Assembly: GCA_963775055.1 (NCBI GenBank)
Contig: CAVZHK010000005.1
Coordinates: 511,305-575,304 of the forward strand
Direction of reading: 5' to 3'
DNA: 64,000 nt
DNA from: an uncultured Acidimicrobiaceae bacterium
GTDB lineage: Bacteria > Actinomycetota > Acidimicrobiia > Acidimicrobiales > CAIXPF01
Part shown: positions 56,175-64,000 of the stretch, piece by piece
How positions within the stretch are numbered: the stretch's first letter is position 1
Layout: every line of letters starts with the position of its first letter
The notes under the pieces: generated by a model
The model's database searches: none
What the model was told of the DNA's origin: nothing
What the model saw: the letters and a program-made list of their open reading frames with translations, nothing else
Made by a program: the position numbers and the translations under genes

Positions 56175-57740
56175 TCAAGCTCGAACACCAACTGGTAACC
56201 GAACAAGGAGGGCCACACGCTGACACCAACGCGGTCTGCGGCGCCGAGCACGCGCCGCAACAGCCCCACCGGCGGGGCGGTGCCACCCGCCACCGCCCCG
56301 TTGGCAGCGTCGCCCCCGGCCATCACCTCCAGCGGCAACCCGCTGTGCCATCACCTCCAGCGGCAACCCGCTGGCCTCGCACCGGCGGATCCGGAACCCG
56401 GCGTCGGTGGCCAACCGTTCGAAGCTGCGGCGGGTGAAGAACCGCAGGTGCGTACGGTCCAGTATGCCGCGCTGGTCGTAACCGAACCGGCCCGACAGGA
56501 TGCGCAGGCGCGGGTACCAGTGGGCCACGTTCGGCACGCTAACCAACACGAACCCGCCGGGTCGCACCACCTCAGCCATACCGTTAAGTAGGTTTTCGCC
56601 GTTGCGGAGGTGCTCGACCACGTCACCGGCGACCACCACATCGAAGCCCCGGCCCACCTCGGCGGGGATGCCGGCCTCCAGATCGGCGGCCACGAAGTGA
56701 TCAACCCGTTCGGTCACCCCGGGCAACGCCAGCGCGTCCACGCCGGTCACGTGATGGCCCAGGCGGCGCAGTTCGGCCCCCAACAAACCAGAAGAGCAAC
56801 CGAGATCCAAGACCTTGGACGGCGGCTCCGTGGCCATACGACGCAGTATGGCGCCGTGACTGGAGTTTTCGGTGGGCTTGAGGTCATAGGCGTCACCGGC
56901 ACGGGCCAGGTTGCCGGTGCCGAAGCCCATCTTCTGCAACCGATACCGCACGGTATCGCTCATGATGTCCTTGGCGTACTTCATGCCGTTGACGTGACAG
57001 ATCTCATCCCCGTAGTAGGTGGGGATCGGCACCTCGACGATGCGCTTGCCGGCGTCGAACAGTTGCAGGATGATCTGGGTGTCGAAGTTGAACCCGTCGG
57101 CGTTCTTTTCAAACGGGATCGACGCCAACGCCGCCACCGAATAGGCCCGATACCCGGAGTGGAACTCGGAGAGGTTGGAGCCCAGCAGCTTGTTCTGGAG
57201 GGTCGAGAGGATCTTGTTACCCAGGTACTTGTAACGGGGCATGCCTCCACGACGGGCGGCCCCGGGAATCATCATGCGGGACCCGAACACGGCGTCGGCC
57301 CGGCCTTCGATCAGCGGTTGCAGGATGTCGGGCAGGGCCTCGGGGGCGTACTGACCGTCACCGTGCAACATGGCGATGATGTCGAAACCCTGATCGATGG
57401 CGTAGCGGTACCCGGCCTTCTGGTTGCCGCCGTAGCCCAGGTTCTTTTCGTGGCGGATGACCTTCAGCGGCAGGTCGCTGCCCCGGCTCTGGTACCCGAG
57501 GCCGACGAGGTAGGTGGAGCCGCCGTCGGGGCTGGCATCGTCGGCCACGATGACCTCCTCGATGGAACCCCGCACGTCCGGCGGGATGCGATCGAGCACC
57601 GAGGCCAGCGTGGTGGCGGCGTTGTAGGCCACCACCAGGATGCCGATGCGGGACGAGCGTGGGCCGGGCCCGATCTCTAACCCCGCAGACCGGCTGGTCG
57701 GATCGGGGTGGGGGCTGCTATCCACGGCAGGCTGGGTCAC
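56175..57740 (-). CDS. Bifunctional GT2 glycosyltransferase (N-terminal) / class I SAM-methyltransferase (C-terminal); last ~60 codons shifted out of frame by a 28-bp duplication
   Basis: IGILVVAYNAATTL..VADDASPDG..MLHGDGQY (GT2). VLDLGCSSGLLGAEL..VVAGDVVEHLRNGENLL..GGFVLVSVPN (MT). Without the duplication the ORF would end at 56159 with ..WPSLFGYQLVFELEPTPG. Confidence 0.85.
   Translation of the reverse strand: MTQPAVDSSPHPDPTSRSAGLEIGPGPRSSRIGILVVAYNAATTLASVLDRIPPDVRGSIEEVIVADDASPDGGSTYLVGLGYQSRGSDLPLKVIRHEKNLGYGGNQKAGYRYAIDQGFDIIAMLHGDGQYAPEALPDILQPLIEGRADAVFGSRMMIPGAARRGGMPRYKYLGNKILSTLQNKLLGSNLSEFHSGYRAYSVAALASIPFEKNADGFNFDTQIILQLFDAGKRIVEVPIPTYYGDEICHVNGMKYAKDIMSDTVRYRLQKMGFGTGNLARAGDAYDLKPTENSSHGAILRRMATEPPSKVLDLGCSSGLLGAELRRLGHHVTGVDALALPGVTERVDHFVAADLEAGIPAEVGRGFDVVVAGDVVEHLRNGENLLNGMAEVVRPGGFVLVSVPNVAHWYPRLRILSGRFGYDQRGILDRTHLRFFTRRSFERLATDAGFRIRRCEASGLPLEVMAQRVAAGGDGRGRRCQRGGGGWHRPAGGAVAARARRRRPRWCQRVALLVRLPVGVRA
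56318..56373. repeat. 28-bp tandem duplication (27/28 identical)
   Basis: Read directly: gccatcacctccagcggcaacccgctg occurs at 56319-56345 and again at 56347-56373. The period is 28 nt, which is not a multiple of three. Confidence 0.95.
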
Positions 57741-57870
57741 GAACGGGCTCCCGGGATCGACGGCTCGGGCGGGCTTCGACCGAACGCCGAAACCTCCACG
57801 AGGCTAGCCCGGGGCGGCCAGCCAGAATTGGCCGTGCTCGTCAAGGGTAGCGAGCCTGTCGGCGTCCTGC

Positions 57871-59040
<1,170 letters not shown>

Positions 59041-59056
59041 GGATCGGTTGCTCCTC

Positions 59057-59094
59057 ATACTGGCTTCAATGACTGATACTGGCTTCAATGACTG
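59057..59094. repeat. 19-bp tandem duplication (ATACTGGCTTCAATGACTG x2)
   Basis: Read directly: 59057-59075 and 59076-59094 are identical. It lies 17-54 nt upstream of the rhodanese-ThiF start on the minus strand. Confidence 0.95.
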
Positions 59095-59196
59095 GCGCGG
59101 TCACCGCTCGATCCCTCGACGGCCCGCTGGTTCAAAACCCTAGCGGATTGGTCAACAATTGGTCGAGGGCGGATATTTCATGTCCCTGCGCCACGG

Positions 59197-59982
59197 TCAA
59201 GCTGGGGTCGACACACCCAGGACGGTGGGCAAAACGTCGGCGATGGAGGCCTGGATCACCACGTCGGCCAGGGAGTCCATGGCGGTGGGCTCGGCGTTGA
59301 TGATGATCACCTTGGCACCGTTGCGGGCGGCGATGGGTACCACCTCGGCGATGGGGTATACCGCCAGCGTGGTGCCGATGGCCAGCATCAGATCACACTG
59401 CCGTGCCACCTGATCCGCCCGCCGCAGATCCTCCGCCACGAGGCCCTGCCCGAAGCTGATGGTTGCCGATTTGAGGATGCCGCCGCAGGTCCGACAGGCA
59501 GGGTCCTCCTCGCCCGACTCCACCCGGGCCAGCGCCCGCTGCATGGGAGCCCGCTCGTCGCAGCTCAGGCAGACCACTTCCCGCACCGACCCGTGGATCT
59601 CGATGATCTGCGCCGGATCGGTGCCTGCGGCGTGGTGGAGACCGTCCACGTTCTGGGTGATCAGGGCCAGCAAACGACCGCGGGCCCCGAAGGCGGCCAG
59701 AGCGTGGTGACCGACGTTGGGCCGCGCCGTCCAATGAGGTGAGTGCAGCCGGTTCTGCCAGGCCGCCTTGCGTACCTCTTTGTCGGCGACGTAGTGCTGG
59801 ATGGTGGCCTGCTTTTCCGCCGCTGGGTTCTTGGTCCACACCCCTTGCGGGCCCCGGAAGTCCGGGATGCCGCTATCGGTGGAGATCCCGGCGCCGGTCA
59901 GCGCCACCACCCGTTGGGCCGCCGCCACCAGCTCTGCGGCCTGACGGACGGCGTGTTCGGCATGCTCCTCGGTCCCCGACAT
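59197..59982 (-). CDS. NAD-dependent protein deacylase (Sir2 family)
   Basis: VVALTGAGISTDSGIPDFRGPQG, ITQNVDGLH, Zn motif CLSC..CRTCGG. Start taken at Met 16. Confidence 0.85.
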   Translation of the reverse strand: MSGTEEHAEHAVRQAAELVAAAQRVVALTGAGISTDSGIPDFRGPQGVWTKNPAAEKQATIQHYVADKEVRKAAWQNRLHSPHWTARPNVGHHALAAFGARGRLLALITQNVDGLHHAAGTDPAQIIEIHGSVREVVCLSCDERAPMQRALARVESGEEDPACRTCGGILKSATISFGQGLVAEDLRRADQVARQCDLMLAIGTTLAVYPIAEVVPIAARNGAKVIIINAEPTAMDSLADVVIQASIADVLPTVLGVSTPA

Positions 59983-60040
59983 GGGCCGGGATGTTATCCG
60001 CCCGCCCACCCTCTCGGTACGGTGCACACAGGGCAGGCCT

Positions 60041-60076
60041 TGCGTAACGAAAGGTATCGATATACACTGTTACGCA
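60041..60076. promoter_or_regulatory. 36-bp composite palindrome TGCGTAAC-N6-TATCGATA-N6-GTTACGCA in a divergent promoter region
   Basis: Read directly: 8-bp outer arms at 60041-60048 / 60069-60076 and a central 8-bp palindrome at 60055-60062. It lies between Sir2 (start 59982, minus strand) and the 60116 gene (plus strand). Confidence 0.4.
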
Positions 60077-60115
60077 CTTCCCCGTGCGCCCGGCCCTGCC
60101 ATCCAGGAGCCTCAC

Positions 60116-60775
60116 GTGAGCCTCGTTCACCCTTCCCACACCGTGCCCAGCGGGTCCGACCCTGATCGTGCCCGTTCTGCCGCGGCCCACCCTTCCGAGT
60201 TTGACGCCGCCTTGGCCCGCGCCGTTGGTGCTGACGATGCCGCCGCACACGCCCCCGGTGCCACGCAGGTTGAGGAGCAGCCGCCGGGCGTCACCTGGCT
60301 GGCAGTGCTGCCGTGGGCTGATCCAGTGATCGACCAGCTCGGTGTCGACCCTCGCTCGGAGTACGTGGAGCGTTACTGGTTGCCGCTGGTCGGACCGGCG
60401 TCGGTGCTGCTGGTCCGGTACCTGGCCCATCGATTCGACGAGACACCAGAGGGTTTCTCGCTCGATGTCACCCACACCGCCCGGGTCCTGGGGCTGGGGA
60501 CCGGGTTGGGCCGCTGGGGCCCGTTGCAGCGCACGGTGCATCGCTGCGCCAACTTCGGCTTCGTTCGACGGTGGGGCGACGAGCGGGTGCTGGCCCGCCG
60601 CCACCTGCCCACCGTCACCCGCCAGCAGCTGGCCCGCCTGCCCGAAGACCGCCAGGCGTTGCACGAACAATGGCGGGCAGATCTGGCCCGTCCACGGGGC
60701 CTCACCCCCACGCCTGCGGTCGGCGGGTCAGGGCCCAGGCCCGGTCTGGCCGCGCTGTCCGAGCGGACGCCATGA
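60116..60775 (+). CDS. Hypothetical protein (family not recognised)
   Basis: GTG 60116 is preceded by AGGAG 6 nt upstream. The composition looks coding from there on (..WLAVLPWADPVIDQLGVDPRSEYVERYWLPLVGPASVLLVRYLAHRF..). The upstream part of the track ORF overlaps Sir2. Confidence 0.6.
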   Translation: MSLVHPSHTVPSGSDPDRARSAAAHPSEFDAALARAVGADDAAAHAPGATQVEEQPPGVTWLAVLPWADPVIDQLGVDPRSEYVERYWLPLVGPASVLLVRYLAHRFDETPEGFSLDVTHTARVLGLGTGLGRWGPLQRTVHRCANFGFVRRWGDERVLARRHLPTVTRQQLARLPEDRQALHEQWRADLARPRGLTPTPAVGGSGPRPGLAALSERTP

Positions 60776-60800
60776 CCCCTTTCGTCGAGGTGCCCGGCGC

Positions 60801-62534
60801 TCAGGCGCTCGGTGTGGGGACCTCGAAGCGTTCAGCCAGCTCCACCAGCAGGCGGACGCCGTAGCCGGAGCCGCCCTTGGTCACCTCCGCGTCCTCAGAC
60901 TCGGTGAAGGCCGGGCCGGCGATGTCCAGATGGGCCCAAGCCAGGCCGTCAGCCACGAACTCGCTGAGGATCAGCCCCGCCACCAGCGCGCCACCCTGGC
61001 CGTTGCCGATGTTCTTCATGTCCGCCACCGAGGACTCGAACTGGCTCTTGTACTCCGGCGGCAACGGCAGACGCCACACTTGCTCCCCGCTGTGCCGGGC
61101 GGCCGCCTCCACCTGACCCAACCAGGCGTCGTTACGGCCCATCAGCCCCGCCATCTTCGAGCCCAGAGCGGTGACACAGGCGCCGGTCAGGGTGGCCAGG
61201 TCGATGATGGCGTCGGGCTTGGCCTCCGAGGCCAACGACAGCGCATCGGCCAACACCAAGCGGCCCTCAGCATCGGTGTTGAGCACCTCGATGGTCTTGC
61301 CGTTGCGCAACTTGAACACGTCCCCCGGACGGCTGGCGTCCCCGCCGGTCATGTTGTCCGTCAGCGGCAAATAACCCCGGACCTCGACCTCGGGACAGAA
61401 CCGGCTGATGGCCACGAACGCCCCCAACACCGCCGCGGCGCCGGCCATGTCGCACTTCATGGTCATCATGCCGGTGCCGGTCTTGAGCGATAGACCGCCG
61501 CTGTCGAACGTGATGCCCTTGCCCACCAGCGCCAGGGTGCCCCGGGCCTTGCCGGCGGGCCGATAGCGCAGCTGCACGAAACGGGGAGGCTGGGTGGACC
61601 CCCGGTTCACGCCCAGTATCCCGCCCATGCCCATCTGGCAGATCTTGTCCCGCTTGAAGACCTTCACGTCGAAGCCGTTCTTGTCGCCGAGCTTCCGGGC
61701 AACCTTGGCGAATCGACGGGGTGTCATGGTGCCCCCGGGTTCGTTGACCAGGTCCCTGGTGGCAACGACGGCGTCCGCCAGCACCTGCCCCCGCTCGGCC
61801 CCGGCGCGGGCGTCGTCGTTGGGGGCCACCAGGTCGATGTCGGCCAGCTTGGTCTTGGTGACCTCGGACTTGAGCGGCCGATACTCGTACCCGGCCAGCA
61901 ACAACCCTTCGACCAGCGCCTGGGCCCAGGCCGACCATTTGAGATCCGGGGCCGGAGACGAAGCTGCCAAGACGTCACCGGCCACCTCCTGCGTGCCATC
62001 GCTGTTCCCGAGGACGTCGGATCGAATCGACGTCGAATCGGCAGCAACGGCACCCGTGGGCGTCGAATCCGTCGAGCCGGTCGCTGACGAATCCGTCGAA
62101 TCCGAATCGGACGAGCCCGGCGAATCGGTCGAATCGGAAGCTGTCGACGCCGAATCCGTCGAATCCGTCGAATCCGGGCCATTCGATGCCGTTTCGACGA
62201 GCGGGTCGGCGGTCGAGACCGCAGCCTGGGCGACGAGGTCAGCGAGCACCGCAACCGTGAGCCGCGGGTGCTTCTTGGTGGCCCGGGTGAGGGCTGCACC
62301 GGCCTTCCGTAGCGTCGCGGCGTCAACCTTGGCCCACGGACCGACGCCCACCAGGATCACCAGCCGATCGCCGTCGGGGACCACTTGGATCTGATCGGGC
62401 TTGGCTTCGAAGCTCAGTCGATCCAGCAAGGCCCGATCGATGGGGGCGGCGTCGAGGCGGTCGGAGCACACCGCGTGGCCGACAACGTCGGCATCGGCGG
62501 GCAAGCTGGCGAGGAGGTGCAGGTCGGCAGGCAC
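60801..62534 (-). CDS. pepA: Leucyl aminopeptidase (M17) carrying an ~80-aa Ser/Thr/Asp-rich insertion
   Basis: NTDAEGRLVLADAL, VGKGITFDSGG, DMAGAAAVLG. The insertion is ..NGPDSTDSTDSASTASDSTDSPGSSDSDSTDSSATGSTDSTPTG... Confidence 0.9.
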   Translation of the reverse strand: MPADLHLLASLPADADVVGHAVCSDRLDAAPIDRALLDRLSFEAKPDQIQVVPDGDRLVILVGVGPWAKVDAATLRKAGAALTRATKKHPRLTVAVLADLVAQAAVSTADPLVETASNGPDSTDSTDSASTASDSTDSPGSSDSDSTDSSATGSTDSTPTGAVAADSTSIRSDVLGNSDGTQEVAGDVLAASSPAPDLKWSAWAQALVEGLLLAGYEYRPLKSEVTKTKLADIDLVAPNDDARAGAERGQVLADAVVATRDLVNEPGGTMTPRRFAKVARKLGDKNGFDVKVFKRDKICQMGMGGILGVNRGSTQPPRFVQLRYRPAGKARGTLALVGKGITFDSGGLSLKTGTGMMTMKCDMAGAAAVLGAFVAISRFCPEVEVRGYLPLTDNMTGGDASRPGDVFKLRNGKTIEVLNTDAEGRLVLADALSLASEAKPDAIIDLATLTGACVTALGSKMAGLMGRNDAWLGQVEAAARHSGEQVWRLPLPPEYKSQFESSVADMKNIGNGQGGALVAGLILSEFVADGLAWAHLDIAGPAFTESEDAEVTKGGSGYGVRLLVELAERFEVPTPSA

Positions 62535-62543
62535 CCCCGCACG

Positions 62544-63104
62544 TTACCGAGCCGTAGCGCCGCCGCGGCTGGGCAGGGACCCCGAGCCCTGTTCGGCCTC
62601 CGCCCAGCGCGCCAGGGTCCAGCACAGGTCCGACAGCCGGTTGAGGTACTTGACCACCAGAGAAGCGCCGCCGGTCAGCCCCAGCGCCTGGCGTTCGGCC
62701 CGGCGGACCACGGTGCGGGCCACGTCGAGATGCGCGGCGCAGAGGTTCTGGCCGGGGATCACGAACTCCGTGGGCGGCTCGAACCGTTCGCTGGCTGCGT
62801 CGATCTGCACCTCGAGGGCGGTGACCATGTCCTCGGTGACGGCGGTGGTGCCCGGCGTGAGCTTGTGGTGGTTCTCCGGGGCGGTGGCCAGTTCGGCCAT
62901 GGCCACGTACAGGTCCCGGCAGAGGCCGATGAGGATCTGGTCGAGTTCGCTGCCGGCGACGGTGTGGGCCCGGGCCACGCCGAGCTGCGCCTGGGCTTCA
63001 TCGACGGTTCCGTAGGCGCGGGGAGCGGCGGAATCCTTGGGGACGCGGCCGCCGTAGAACAGCCCGGTGGTCCCATCGTCGCCGGTGCGGGTATAGATCT
63101 TCAC
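62544..63104 (-). CDS. PduO-type ATP:cob(I)alamin adenosyltransferase
   Basis: MKIYTRTGDDGTTGLFYGGRVPKDS is the family N-terminus. GTG start is preceded by GGAGG. Confidence 0.85.
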   Translation of the reverse strand: MKIYTRTGDDGTTGLFYGGRVPKDSAAPRAYGTVDEAQAQLGVARAHTVAGSELDQILIGLCRDLYVAMAELATAPENHHKLTPGTTAVTEDMVTALEVQIDAASERFEPPTEFVIPGQNLCAAHLDVARTVVRRAERQALGLTGGASLVVKYLNRLSDLCWTLARWAEAEQGSGSLPSRGGATAR

Positions 63105-63436
63105 CTCCGGGCACGCTATCCGCCCACGGGAACCGGTCAGGTTGGCTCATCCGTCAAATCGATCTTCGCGCATCGACCCAAACTTCGGCGGGGTCCGGGG
63201 GTGAGAGGGGCACATGATGCGGCGTCGGACCAGATACGCCGTCGCCCTTGACCGCGCCGCCCTTCCCCCGTCATTCCGATTGCTCCACATGGCCACCGGG
63301 CCGCTCACCGGGGCACCCTTCCGCCGCTGGGCACCAGCCCGACTGTGGACTGCAGCGCCACAGAGGACAGCGCCGGTTACGAAGCCGATTTCTCAGTGCG
63401 CGAGGAACCGTCGATCATCCCCTTATCTGCGGAACT

Positions 63437-63564
63437 CATGTGCGCAGTTTTGGACAGCCGAGTCTGGGAGGACCCCGAATTCTTGACGCATCGTGGCACA
63501 AGCACCACGGATCGTCGAACATCCCGAGGTTTCCCGGAACCGCGTGTCCAAAACTGCACACATG
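63437..63564 (+). other. 128-nt imperfect palindrome (long hairpin) in the pduO/metH intergenic region
   Basis: The 20-nt outer arms catgtgcgcagttttggaca (63437-63456) and tgtccaaaactgcacacatg (63545-63564) are 19/20 complementary. An inner hairpin cgtgg-N8-ccacg and further pairings share the same centre (63500/63501). Confidence 0.7.
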
Positions 63565-63757
63565 GGGCCGCGGGCTGTGCGATCACCTGGCTTGCCGAAC
63601 CTTCACCGGCTTCTCTCCTTGACGGAAGGTCCGTTCAGCTGCCGGTTCTCGCCCGGGGCGTCCGAAGCCAAGTGAGCGCACTCAGCGTTGCGGAAACACC
63701 CGCCGACCCGACTGACGTGGGCCGATGGTCCCGGTTCAGGGGTCCTAGCATGGGCGG

Positions 63758-64000
63758 ATGGTCGATTTTCTGGGGCTCGTCGAACGCGGTGTGGTCATCT
63801 TCGACGGCGCAACCGGCACCCACATGCAAGCACAGAACCTGGGGCCGGATGACTTCGGCGGCGCCGCCTACGAGGGCTGCAACGAGATCCTGGTGGCCAC
63901 CCGGCCCGACGTGGTGACCGACATGCACCGCCAGTACTTCGCCGCCGGCGCCGATGTCACCGAGACCAACACCTTCGGCGGCTTCTCCATCCCCCTCGGC
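63758..64000 (+). CDS. metH: Cobalamin-dependent methionine synthase, N-terminal homocysteine-binding domain (continues beyond the window)
   Basis: Own translation from ATG 63758: MVDFLGLVERGVVIFDGATGTHMQAQNLGPDDFGG..CNEILVATRPDVVTDMHRQYFAAGADVTETNTFGG. Open to the window end. Confidence 0.8.
   Translation, partial: MVDFLGLVERGVVIFDGATGTHMQAQNLGPDDFGGAAYEGCNEILVATRPDVVTDMHRQYFAAGADVTETNTFGGFSIPLG

Noticed and set aside
63565-63757. SAM-, SAH- or B12-type riboswitch directly upstream of metH on the plus strand
   Set aside because: I could not find the conserved cores by eye (for example the SAH AACGGCGCUC element or the B12 box). Only short generic hairpins are present. The question is left to the covariance-model search proposed for the whole intergenic region.

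Overview
High-GC, Actinomycetota-like chromosomal segment. It is gene-dense, and I found no rRNA, tRNA, CRISPR array, transposase or integrase. The flanks are housekeeping genes: birA, acyl-CoA carboxylase alpha and a CoA-transferase at 6-10 kb, then rhodanese-ThiF, Sir2, pepA, a PduO-type adenosyltransferase and the start of metH at 58-64 kb. The left end (1-5.8 kb) and the centre (about 10.4-57.7 kb) form a very large cell-envelope glycan locus. It holds a complete GDP-D-glycero-alpha-D-manno-heptose pathway (gmhA, hddA, gmhB, hddC) next to a transaldolase, and a complete dTDP-L-rhamnose operon (rfbABCD). It also holds ugd/uxs, an LCP ligase, nine GT2/GT4 glycosyltransferases, nine SAM-methyltransferase domains, five large polytopic GT-C/YfhO-like membrane proteins and a Wzm/Wzt ABC exporter. 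Three enzymes carry C-terminal coiled-coil tails, and an 844-aa protein with no family I recognise sits in the middle of one operon. Most neighbouring genes are translationally coupled through ATGA/GTGA overlaps. The sequence has several striking anomalies. Reading-frame breaks cluster in two blocks (ugd/uxs at 1.4-5.1 kb and GT4/wzt/wzm/S8 protease at 42.3-46.2 kb) while all other genes are intact, and wzt has an in-frame TAG inside its Walker A motif. A 28-bp tandem duplication shifts the frame at the 3' end of a GT2-methyltransferase gene. Several short intergenic tandem repeats (17 bp x3, 19 bp x2, 11 bp x3.5) and AT-rich palindromes are present. A 128-nt imperfect palindrome lies in the 650-bp pduO/metH intergenic region, and there is a low-GC islet around 37.9-39.2 kb. 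All calls come from reading the supplied translations and the sequence by eye. Start codons and frame-switch positions are approximate.
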